From an uncultured bacterium (GTDB lineage: Bacteria; Acidobacteriota; Aminicenantia; Aminicenantales; Aminicenantaceae): a stretch of DNA of 38,254 bases. The notes below the pieces were generated by a model that did no database searches, was not told the DNA's origin, and was given only the letters and a program-made list of their open reading frames with translations. Location of the stretch: contig CBDVEQ010000002.1 of the NCBI GenBank assembly GCA_965373045.1, forward strand, positions 1 through 38,254, in the 5' to 3' direction. Below are positions 16,761 to 24,602 of this stretch, one piece after another. Position 1 is the stretch's first letter. Each line of letters starts with the position of its first letter. A program made the translations under genes and the position numbers.

Positions 16761-16788
16761 GTTTTTCCTTAGTCTCCCTTCCTGGCCA

Positions 16789-18231
16789 CTATTTGATCTC
16801 TTTAATAAAAATATTTCTGAAATAAATCGGAGATCTGCTGTCGTGGTTCTGAAGCCCGAAGTATCCCTCTCCAGCAAAATCCCGAACCTTTCCTCGCGGT
16901 TCAGCTTCCCAATCCAAGACCATCACGCCGTTCAGCTCCACCTTGATCCCGCCTCCTGTGCATATGATCTTCATATGGTTCCACTCTCCTGACGGTTTGA
17001 ACGCATCCTTAATTGGGGGCTCGGCATCATAGACAGCCCCTGTTTTGTGGATCCCTTTTCCACTGTCGTTGATCTGGATTTCAAAGGAATGAAAAATATA
17101 TTCATTGCTTACCACCATATCCGGAATACGCAGAAATATGCCGGAATTGGTGAATTTGTCTGAGCATCTATACTCCAGGTCCAAAATAAAATCCTTGAAC
17201 TTCTTCCGGCTGAACCAGAAGAGGCCCATACCTCCATTCCCTTTTAAAATGCCGGTATTTTGGTCAAGATCAAAATAACCCGGCCCGTAATGATTCCAGC
17301 TGTGTTTCGAGTAGGTCCGGAATGAGCGGGATAATATTTCTTCATAATCCTGATAATATGTGACGCTCTTTATGTAATCCAGCCCTTTGCGGACAGGAGG
17401 AACAGGATTCTCGATGTCCTCTTTTTTCTCATGCTCGACAGAGAGAAATCCGAAATAATTCTGCCGGGTTAACTCTGCCAGAATAGCACGAATATTGGCC
17501 TTCCCATCCCCGAAAGGAACATCATATGCGTTTTTTTTGCCAAAAACATTCAGGTCTTTGAGGTGGACATCGATGATCCTGCCTTCCAGCATTCTTAATG
17601 CCTTCACAGGATCAACTCCTGTCCGCATCCAATGCCCGGTATCAGCACAGGCCCCGATACGAGGATCGAGTCCTTTAACATGCTCAAGAACGGTTTCGGG
17701 CCGGGCATATTTTGAAGGGAGAGGATGATTGTGAATAGCGATATTAATATTGTACTTTTTCACCATTTTCTCAAGAAGAGAAAAATCATCGAATTTCGGT
17801 TCTGTGACAATCGTGCGGATCCCCAGCTTTCTGGCAAAATTAAAGACCTTTTTCATGTCAGCTTCTTTGTTGTCAAATCCTACGACGCCATAGCTGACCA
17901 GCGAGATCCCATATTCCTTCAGTTTGTTCTTGACCTGTGTGATCTGCTCGTCACCGAGTTGATGATTGAATCTTTCCTTGCTCCCCCGGGCAAGCAGCTG
18001 CCCCGGATAGGGTTGAAGGAACCGGACCCCTAATTCTTCGGCTTTGTCCAGCGTTTCGTAAAACGAAAATTTCCGAAAGGTCCAACACTGAACAGAGATA
18101 GGAATTTTTTTGATCCTGACCTTTTGATGGCCTGCCGCATTCTCTTCCGTCCCAAAGCCCTCCAGGCCGGACACAGATAGAATTCCGGCAATAAGAATCA
18201 ATGCCACAGCCAACACTATTGTTTTTTTCAT
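16789..18231 (-). CDS. Secreted fusion protein: xylose-isomerase-like TIM-barrel (sugar phosphate isomerase/epimerase family) plus C-terminal DUF1080 (3-keto-disaccharide hydrolase-like) domain
   Basis: 480 aa with an N-terminal signal peptide (MKKTIVLAVALILIAGILSVSG). TIM-barrel motifs are IGACADTGHWMRTGVDP and IIDVHLKD. The C-terminus (WNHYGPGYFDL ... GYFGLQNHDSRSPIYFRNIFIKEI) is typical of DUF1080. Confidence 0.85.
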   Translation of the reverse strand: MKKTIVLAVALILIAGILSVSGLEGFGTEENAAGHQKVRIKKIPISVQCWTFRKFSFYETLDKAEELGVRFLQPYPGQLLARGSKERFNHQLGDEQITQVKNKLKEYGISLVSYGVVGFDNKEADMKKVFNFARKLGIRTIVTEPKFDDFSLLEKMVKKYNINIAIHNHPLPSKYARPETVLEHVKGLDPRIGACADTGHWMRTGVDPVKALRMLEGRIIDVHLKDLNVFGKKNAYDVPFGDGKANIRAILAELTRQNYFGFLSVEHEKKEDIENPVPPVRKGLDYIKSVTYYQDYEEILSRSFRTYSKHSWNHYGPGYFDLDQNTGILKGNGGMGLFWFSRKKFKDFILDLEYRCSDKFTNSGIFLRIPDMVVSNEYIFHSFEIQINDSGKGIHKTGAVYDAEPPIKDAFKPSGEWNHMKIICTGGGIKVELNGVMVLDWEAEPRGKVRDFAGEGYFGLQNHDSRSPIYFRNIFIKEIK

Positions 18232-18242
18232 TCTTCCTCCTG

Positions 18243-19493
18243 TTATTTATTCTTCGGATTCCATTCGCCCCTGGCCACAGCTGGAATAAAAGAATCCAGG
18301 CCGGCAGGAGGGAAATCAATAGTCGTTTCCTGTTCTACGCTCATATAAGCCGCCATGAGCAGCTCGGTAACATTCAGTCCGTCCTCAAAATTTTCCTCCG
18401 GCCTCTTGCCTGAAAGAAAAGACTGTACCATATGACGGTTTTCTCCTACATAACCGTACTCACTGGCTTCATCGCTGATAACCGGCATAAGCCCGCTTTC
18501 TGCATTCTGTTTTTCTATCAGATCTTCCCCCTCTTTTCCCGCAACATTCCGGCTGAAGAAAACTTTAAGCCCGGTATCCAGAGAATTAATACCCATAGAA
18601 TATTCAGGGCCCAGCAATTCCAGGGACAAGCGGAGGCCTGCCCCCATATAACACCAGGAAGTTGTGGCTTCCACGACCACCTGTTTTCCTTTCTGATCCC
18701 TGTATTCGATAAGGCCCCGGCCGAAGTCCTCGGCTGGACGGTTGATATAATCAAGCTTGCCGCTGCTGATCTCTGAAAGTATCTTAGCGTATTCAGGCGC
18801 CTGCCATTTCAGGCAGTTCGCATAGGCCGTTACTTTAACCGGCGTTAAAACACGCCTATCGGCGCCAGGAGGGGTGAGTAGATACCGGGCCACTTCAACG
18901 GAATGGCACATCATGTCGTTAATTACGCCTCCCCCCTGTAAGGACCCCTCCCAGAACCATGGCATATGAGGACCGCTGTGCTCTTCCGATGCCCTTGCAA
19001 GATATGGCCTCCCTGCGAACTGAGCTCCGCGAGCCCAGACGATCTCTTTGCCTCGAGAAACCGCGGTGGAAAAGATCTGGTCTTCCAAATATCCGTCTAG
19101 CAGATCGGCCTTTTTAACCAGCTCGAGCATTTTTTTTGCTTCCCTGAAGTTTCTTCCCAGGGGTTTTTCACAGGCGACTCCGACCAATTCACCCTTGCCG
19201 TCCTCAATGGCCTTGACAATCTCTTCCATGTTTTCGATGCGAGTATAGTTTGGAGCACAGATCCAGATTGCGTCAATATCAGGATTTGCGACCATTGATG
19301 TAATGCTTTCATACGGCCTGGCGCTTCCTACGTTTAGCGACCTTGCCAACGCCGCGGCCTGTTCTGATTCCTCCATAGACAGGGAGACGATCCCAAGGAT
19401 GTCCGCATCCCTGACGCTTATCCAGGACTGAATATGAAACTGTGTTATAAATCCAGCTCCTATGAAGCCAACACCTAACCTTTTTTTATTCAT
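18243..19493 (-). CDS. Gfo/Idh/MocA-family NAD(P)-dependent oxidoreductase
   Basis: 416 aa with an N-terminal Rossmann motif (LGVGFIGAGFITQFH), EKPL, and no signal peptide. It lies 11 nt upstream of the TIM-DUF1080 gene. Confidence 0.88.
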   Translation of the reverse strand: MNKKRLGVGFIGAGFITQFHIQSWISVRDADILGIVSLSMEESEQAAALARSLNVGSARPYESITSMVANPDIDAIWICAPNYTRIENMEEIVKAIEDGKGELVGVACEKPLGRNFREAKKMLELVKKADLLDGYLEDQIFSTAVSRGKEIVWARGAQFAGRPYLARASEEHSGPHMPWFWEGSLQGGGVINDMMCHSVEVARYLLTPPGADRRVLTPVKVTAYANCLKWQAPEYAKILSEISSGKLDYINRPAEDFGRGLIEYRDQKGKQVVVEATTSWCYMGAGLRLSLELLGPEYSMGINSLDTGLKVFFSRNVAGKEGEDLIEKQNAESGLMPVISDEASEYGYVGENRHMVQSFLSGKRPEENFEDGLNVTELLMAAYMSVEQETTIDFPPAGLDSFIPAVARGEWNPKNK

Positions 19494-19515
19494 TTATTTC
19501 TCCTGATATACAGAC

Positions 19516-20733
19516 TTAAGATCTTGATTGAATGCTATCCGCCCTTTTGTCTTTGAAGAACAAAAGGAACGCAAGCGCGCAGAGCACGGTCAAAATAACA
19601 GGCACAATGAATACGCCTGTCCAGTTCGTAATACCCTCGCTGGTGAAATAGCTTTGAACCTTTCCAGCAAACAGGCTCCCGACGTAATTGCCAAACCCAT
19701 ATGTTACCAGAGTGATGAGGCTTTGGGCAGAATGGCGCACATCAGAAGGCGCAACAATATCCACATAAATAAAAGCCGCAACAAAGAAAAAAACAAAACA
19801 GAAACCATGAAGAGCCAAAGAGGCAATGACCAGCCAGGATGGAGAACCAAAGGCAAAAATAATATATCTGAGCGGCCAGGCCAGAACACCCAGTACCAAT
19901 ATTTTTCGGATGCCGATCCTTTTGATCAAATATGGCAGCAAAAGAGCCATGACAAAGATCTCCGCAATCTGGGCGATCACCATAACGCCAGATAGATTTG
20001 CCTGTGAAACACCGATCTTGGGCGATCGAAGAAATGGCGCTGTCAGAATATAATAAAACATCAATTCTGTCGCCACGACAAAAGAAATGATGATGAAGAC
20101 CAAAAAATTCTTGTCCTTCATCATTTTAAGGGCCTCGAGAAAAGCCCAGGGCTTTGCTCCCTCTTTTTTTGGAGGAGTATGAGGGAGGCCAAAAGCAAAA
20201 AACCCCATGATGACGGAAAACAGTCCGGCAAGGAGAAGCGTGTCTCCCTTCATAGCAATTCCTTCGCCGGTTCCGGCGATATTCCTCCAGCCCCACAATC
20301 CGAGACCTGCTGCGATCCAGCCGATGGTTCCCCAGACGCGGACCTGCCCGAATTCCTTTTCCGAGTTTTTAAGGTTGATAAAAGCGATGGAATTTGTGAT
20401 GGCCAGCGTGGGGGCATACAGCAAACAATAAAACAGCATGGCCCAGGCCATGGTTTTATAATCGGACATGGTCGATATCCAGATCAAAAGGCCGCCGCCC
20501 GCGATCTGTAAAAACGCTATGATTTTCTCGCTGGAAAAGTATCGATCCGCAATCTGCCCACCGATAAAAGGAGCCGCTATGGTCGCCAGGGGAAGCAGGC
20601 TGTAGATCATGCCGGTTTGAAAGCCGTTAAAACCAAGGTTGTTTTGAAGATATTCGGACAGGACCGGAGCCCATGCGCCCCAGATCGCATACTGAAGAAA
20701 CATCATAATACCAAGTCGAGTCTTGACCCACAT
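19516..20733 (-). CDS. MFS transporter of the nucleoside:H+ symporter (NupG/XapB-like) family
   Basis: 405-aa polytopic protein. The N-terminus TRLGIMMFLQYAIWGAWAPVLSEYL resembles the NupG-family signature. It is the first gene of the three-gene minus-strand operon. Confidence 0.8.
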   Translation of the reverse strand: MWVKTRLGIMMFLQYAIWGAWAPVLSEYLQNNLGFNGFQTGMIYSLLPLATIAAPFIGGQIADRYFSSEKIIAFLQIAGGGLLIWISTMSDYKTMAWAMLFYCLLYAPTLAITNSIAFINLKNSEKEFGQVRVWGTIGWIAAGLGLWGWRNIAGTGEGIAMKGDTLLLAGLFSVIMGFFAFGLPHTPPKKEGAKPWAFLEALKMMKDKNFLVFIIISFVVATELMFYYILTAPFLRSPKIGVSQANLSGVMVIAQIAEIFVMALLLPYLIKRIGIRKILVLGVLAWPLRYIIFAFGSPSWLVIASLALHGFCFVFFFVAAFIYVDIVAPSDVRHSAQSLITLVTYGFGNYVGSLFAGKVQSYFTSEGITNWTGVFIVPVILTVLCALAFLLFFKDKRADSIQSRS

Positions 20734-20768
20734 CTTTACCTCTCTTTCAAAACGGAGTTTTATAAGTA

Positions 20769-20785
20769 CTGATTTTTTAAATCAG
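20769..20785. promoter_or_regulatory. Perfect palindrome CTGATTT-TTT-AAATCAG (candidate operator)
   Basis: 7-bp arms with a 3-nt spacer, 36-52 nt upstream of the MFS start codon and immediately downstream of the predicted -10 element. Confidence 0.3.
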
Positions 20786-20789
20786 CTTC

Positions 20790-20818
20790 AAAATATCTGT
20801 CTTGCCCGCATTTGTCAA
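20790..20818 (-). promoter_or_regulatory. Candidate sigma70-type promoter of the MFS/Gfo/TIM-DUF1080 operon
   Basis: On the minus strand it reads TTGACA (20818..20813), a 17-nt spacer, then TATTTT (20795..20790). Confidence 0.4.
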
Positions 20819-20902
20819 TGGAAACCAGGCCTCTCTTCAATAAAAGCATCCATTCCATTAATAGTTGACTTTTTTCTTTGTTTTCACAAGAATTGGCAGG
20901 AC

Positions 20903-21835
20903 ATGAAAAGACTGAATGTTTTGCTTCTTGTCTCTATAACGCTTTTCTGTGGATGTAATGGACAAAAAAGGTGGAAGACTGCCACTCTTATATATTTTGA
21001 CACGGTGTGTGAGATCACCCTTTTCTGCTCTCCAAGTGTTTTTGATGAGGCCGTAACCGATATAGAGCATGTTTTCAAGGAAATAGAAGTTCGTTTTTCT
21101 CCGGATTCCCAGGATCTGACATCTCCAGAGGTCGTCTCTCTTTTTCACAAGGCTTTTGAGATCTATCGTTTTTCCGGAGGCTGTTTCGACATCTCAATTG
21201 CCCCTTTGTCCAGAATATGGGGTTTTGTTAATAAGGACTATCACATTCCGGATAAAAAAGAGCTTATGATAAGCCTGTCTGTCATTGGAATGAATAAGAT
21301 CAACATTGCAGAAGGCCGTATTGTGCTTCAACCCGGGATGAGCCTAGACTGGGGAGGAATAGCCAAGGGATACGGAATTGACAAGGCCTCGCAGACAGTC
21401 AGAAGTAAAGGTATATTGCGGGGCTTTATAAACTCTGGAGGAGATCTTTTTTGCTGGGGGAAAAATCCTGACAATCGCCCCTGGCAGATCGGGATCAACC
21501 ATCCAAGAAAAAGCGGTTATATTGGAATTCTATCTCTTTCCAACAATGCGGCCGCAACAACCGGGGATTACCAGCGGTTTTTTATGAAAAATGGAATCCG
21601 CTATCATCATGTCTTCGATCCCAAAACAGGATTTCCCGTTCAAGGAAAACAGTGCGTGACCGTCATCGGACCTGAGGCTCTAATCTGCGACGCCTTATCC
21701 ACCGCCCTCTTTGTCAGTAACAATATAGATAGTATCTTAAAGCTCTATCCAGAATACGGAGTTGTGATATCAGACGACTCAGGTAAAATCACAACTGCAG
21801 GGAAGGCTTTCTCGTTCAGGCCGGTAAAGCAATAG
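20903..21835 (+). CDS. apbE: FAD:protein FMN transferase (ApbE family), lipoprotein
   Basis: The ORF opens at 20723. The ATG at 20903 gives MKRLNVLLLVSITLFCGCNG (a lipoprotein-type signal). ApbE motifs are DWGGIAKGYGIDKA, NSGGD and TTGDYQRFF. Confidence 0.88.
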   Translation: MKRLNVLLLVSITLFCGCNGQKRWKTATLIYFDTVCEITLFCSPSVFDEAVTDIEHVFKEIEVRFSPDSQDLTSPEVVSLFHKAFEIYRFSGGCFDISIAPLSRIWGFVNKDYHIPDKKELMISLSVIGMNKINIAEGRIVLQPGMSLDWGGIAKGYGIDKASQTVRSKGILRGFINSGGDLFCWGKNPDNRPWQIGINHPRKSGYIGILSLSNNAAATTGDYQRFFMKNGIRYHHVFDPKTGFPVQGKQCVTVIGPEALICDALSTALFVSNNIDSILKLYPEYGVVISDDSGKITTAGKAFSFRPVKQ

Positions 21836-21863
21836 CTTGGTTTCTCTCGTTATCTATTGTATT

Positions 21864-21890
21864 CCTGATTATTCACGGGTCGAGGCTGCC
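21864..21890. repeat. Dispersed repeat unit B, copy 2 (inverted)
   Basis: CCTGATTATTCACGGGTCGAGGCTGCC is the reverse complement of the 16341..16368 unit. It lies in the 57-bp convergent spacer between apbE and dnaN. Confidence 0.85.
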
Positions 21891-21892
21891 CT

Positions 21893-22993
21893 TTATATTT
21901 TCATCGGCATCAATACGTACCTGTATTTTATATCACCATCTTCATCAGGTCTCATAAGGACAGCACTGTTTTCGTCTTTTAATTCAAATCGGATATTATC
22001 TGTTTTTACTGTTGTCATAAAATCAAGAACGTAATGAGCATTAAAACCTATTTCGATTTTATCTCCTACATAGTTAATATCTAAGCGGTCTCTTGCTTCT
22101 CCAATTTCGGGATTGGAGGAGAAGAGGTTTAGCTGTCCTTTATCGATGCTGAATCTTATCCCCCTGGATCTTTCCGCAGAAAGTAATGATACACGCCTGA
22201 TCGCATCTATAATCTCTGTTCTACAGACGGTCAGAGTATGAGGGTTCTCTTTTGGAATCACTGCATCATAATTTGGAAACTTTCCTTCTATGATCCGTGA
22301 TATGAGCGTCCTGTTTCCCACTTTAAAGAAAAGGTTGTTCTCGTCCAGATCAAATTCAATACTTTCTTCTTCGAATTTGCGAATCTCTCCCAGTGTTTTT
22401 CTTGAGACTATCCCTTTTATCTCGTCATCTAGTTTTAAATCTTCAAGCTCCATTTTAGTATAAGCCAGCCTGTGTCCATCCGTACTGACCATTTCCACAG
22501 ATTGATCTTTAAGGATCATCAAGGCCCCATTGAGATAATATCTTTGCTCCTGAGCAATAGCACAGAACACACAATCGATCATTTCTTTAATTTTATCAAG
22601 AGGAAGAATAATGTTTTTTTCAAACTTTGGATCAGGCACCTGGGGATAATCATCTTTTGACAGACAAACAACCTTAAACTCGCTCTCTCCGGATGTTATC
22701 TCCATCATCTTATCTTTCCCCTCTTGAAAAACCACCTCTTTCTCCTCTGAAAGTGAACGAATGATTTCGAATATTTTTTTTCCTGAGATCGTTATCGCCC
22801 CTTGTTCCTCGATCTTCGCAGAAAAATGAGTTTTTAAACCCACTTCCAAATCCGTTCCTATGAGTTCCAACTCGTCTCCCGATGCACTAATTAGGATGTT
22901 TGCAAGGATGGGCATTGTGTTTCTTTTTTCTACAATCCCTTGAAATAATTGTAATTCACCAAGTATATCTTTCTTCTTGATTGAAAACTTCAT
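21893..22993 (-). CDS. dnaN: DNA polymerase III beta sliding clamp
   Basis: The ORF opens at 23011. The ATG at 22993 (MKFSIKKKDILGELQLFQGIVEKRNTMPILANILI) is preceded by AAGGTGG. It is downstream of dnaA. Confidence 0.94.
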   Translation of the reverse strand: MKFSIKKKDILGELQLFQGIVEKRNTMPILANILISASGDELELIGTDLEVGLKTHFSAKIEEQGAITISGKKIFEIIRSLSEEKEVVFQEGKDKMMEITSGESEFKVVCLSKDDYPQVPDPKFEKNIILPLDKIKEMIDCVFCAIAQEQRYYLNGALMILKDQSVEMVSTDGHRLAYTKMELEDLKLDDEIKGIVSRKTLGEIRKFEEESIEFDLDENNLFFKVGNRTLISRIIEGKFPNYDAVIPKENPHTLTVCRTEIIDAIRRVSLLSAERSRGIRFSIDKGQLNLFSSNPEIGEARDRLDINYVGDKIEIGFNAHYVLDFMTTVKTDNIRFELKDENSAVLMRPDEDGDIKYRYVLMPMKI

Positions 22994-23011
22994 TTTTCCA
23001 CCTTTCCTCAC

Positions 23012-23103
23012 TGTCTTTTATTATTAGTTATTAATATGAGATTAAATAATAAAAAGAATAATAGCAATGAAAATGTGCAAATATTTCATAATGTATTGAT
23101 TTC
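23012..23103. promoter_or_regulatory. Strongly AT-rich dnaA-dnaN spacer (candidate DNA-unwinding element, part of oriC)
   Basis: 92 bp, roughly 80% A+T by eye (ATTATTAGTTATTAATATGAGATTAAATAATAAAAAGAATAATAGC...). This is the position used for oriC in many bacteria. I saw no good DnaA box inside it. Confidence 0.35.
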
Positions 23104-24435
23104 TTAACGGATACAGCTAATAAGCTTGTTTATTTCTTTGTTGAATTCCGTACTTTTGTTTCTTAATTTCTCTATTTTTCTTATACTATAGATAACGGTT
23201 GTATGATGTTTTCCGCCAAATTTTTTCCCAATTTCAGGAAGAGATAATCCTATCAATTCCTTTGTTAGATACATAGCGATCTGCCGGGGAAATGCTACCT
23301 TTGGAGAATTATTCTTTGATTTTATTTGGAAAATCTTGATTTTGTATTCATGACAAACACTTTTTTGTATTTTTTCAACAGTAATTGCATTTAATGAAGA
23401 GTCAAGAAGGCTTTTAAGAGCATCTTTGGTCAAATCTAGATCGATCTTTTCACCTTTTAATGATGCAAAAGCAATAACCCGGCGGAGATATCCTTCCAGT
23501 TCCCTGATGTTGGAATGACCCTTATCTGCAATAAAAAGGGCGACACTTTCAGGAAGATCGACTCCTTCCAATTGTGATTTTTTTTTGAGAATAGCAATCC
23601 TTGTTTCAATATCAGGAGGTTTAAGATCTGCGATCAACCCCCATTCAAACCTTGAGCTGAACCGCTCCTCCAGGCTTGGGATCTCCTTTGGAGGGCAGTC
23701 ACTGGAGATGACAATTTGTTTTTGGCTGTCATACAGATGATTGAATGTATGAAAAAATTCTTCTTTTGTACGTTCTTTCCCTGAAAGAAAGTTTATATCA
23801 TCCATCAACAGGATATCAACACTTCGATATTTTTGGCGAAAATCTAGAATTTTTCCGTATTGAAGATGATTGATCAGATCATTCATGAATTTTTCTGTCG
23901 TCAAATAAAGTATTTTCGTCTTACGGTTCTGGTTAAGTGAATAATGGCCGATAGCATTCATAAGATGGGTTTTCCCCAGACCCGCTCCTCCATAAATATA
24001 AAAAGGATTGTATGCCTTGCCCGGGCTTTTGGAAACAGCCTGAGAGGCGGCTTGGGCGAATTGATTGCAAGAACCAACCACAAAGTTTTCAAAAGTATAA
24101 TTTGGATTGAGGTTGGGATTTAAAAGCGCACCGTGCTTGGAACGTCTTTCATCGGGAGATTTTCGCATAAAACTCGATGGTGCATCCTCAAAAATGTATT
24201 TGATATTGAATTTTTTCCCAAAGAGCTCCTGGGATATCTGATCAATAATTCCAGTATAGTGAAAGGATAACCAGTCTTTAAAATAGGAATTCGGTACCTT
24301 AACGTAAAGGTTGTCCGACTCGTTTCCGATATAGGTTGTAGGCTCGAACCATGTTTCAAAACTATTTCGGTCGATTTGTTTTTCAACAAACGCGCGGATT
24401 TGGAGCCAAGTGTTGGATTTTTCTGAGCGTTTCAT
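23104..24435 (-). CDS. dnaA: Chromosomal replication initiator DnaA
   Basis: The ORF opens at 24513. I prefer the ATG at 24435 (MKRSEKSNTWLQIRAFVEKQIDRNSFETWFEP). It has Walker A GGAGLGKTHL, sensor and box motifs, and the C-terminal DNA-binding region KVAFPRQIAMYLTKEL...HHTTVIYSIRKIE. Confidence 0.94.
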   Translation of the reverse strand: MKRSEKSNTWLQIRAFVEKQIDRNSFETWFEPTTYIGNESDNLYVKVPNSYFKDWLSFHYTGIIDQISQELFGKKFNIKYIFEDAPSSFMRKSPDERRSKHGALLNPNLNPNYTFENFVVGSCNQFAQAASQAVSKSPGKAYNPFYIYGGAGLGKTHLMNAIGHYSLNQNRKTKILYLTTEKFMNDLINHLQYGKILDFRQKYRSVDILLMDDINFLSGKERTKEEFFHTFNHLYDSQKQIVISSDCPPKEIPSLEERFSSRFEWGLIADLKPPDIETRIAILKKKSQLEGVDLPESVALFIADKGHSNIRELEGYLRRVIAFASLKGEKIDLDLTKDALKSLLDSSLNAITVEKIQKSVCHEYKIKIFQIKSKNNSPKVAFPRQIAMYLTKELIGLSLPEIGKKFGGKHHTTVIYSIRKIEKLRNKSTEFNKEINKLISCIR

Positions 24436-24444
24436 AGCGGTAAG

Positions 24445-24476
24445 ATTTCCACAGCAATTTCCACAGATGTGGAAAA
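24445..24476. promoter_or_regulatory. Cluster of three DnaA-box-like 9-mers
   Basis: ATTTCCACA (24445-53), ATTTCCACA (24457-65) and TGTGGAAAA (24468-76, reverse complement TTTTCCACA), against the consensus TTATCCACA. The last two form the inverted pair TTTCCACA-GA-TGTGGAAA. The cluster lies 10-41 nt upstream of the dnaA ATG. Confidence 0.7.
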
Positions 24477-24516
24477 ATGTCTGTTGTTGCTGAACCGGGA
24501 AAGCAAAAGCCAAATA

Positions 24517-24545
24517 ATAATAGCACTATAAAATCAGGATTTCAA
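24517..24545 (-). promoter_or_regulatory. Candidate dnaA promoter
   Basis: On the minus strand it reads TTGAAA (24545..24540), a 17-nt spacer, then TATTAT (24522..24517). This places the DnaA boxes in the 5' leader, consistent with autoregulation. Confidence 0.45.
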
Positions 24546-24602
24546 GAAAAACTGGAAATTTTTTTAAAAAAAGAAAATCTCATGCCCAGTGGGAAAATCC
24601 GC

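Noticed and set aside
20723-20902. N-terminal extensions offered by the ORF track (apbE from 20723, dnaA from 24513, dnaN from 23011, rel from 31274, gmhB from 31909, rnfG from 12201, rseC-like from 14843, lipoprotein from 28466, lolB-like from 36591)
   Set aside because: In each case an internal ATG gives the canonical family N-terminus or a signal/lipobox, has a better SD or an ATGA/TGATG coupling with the upstream gene, and avoids a long overlap with the neighbour or with promoter and DnaA-box DNA.
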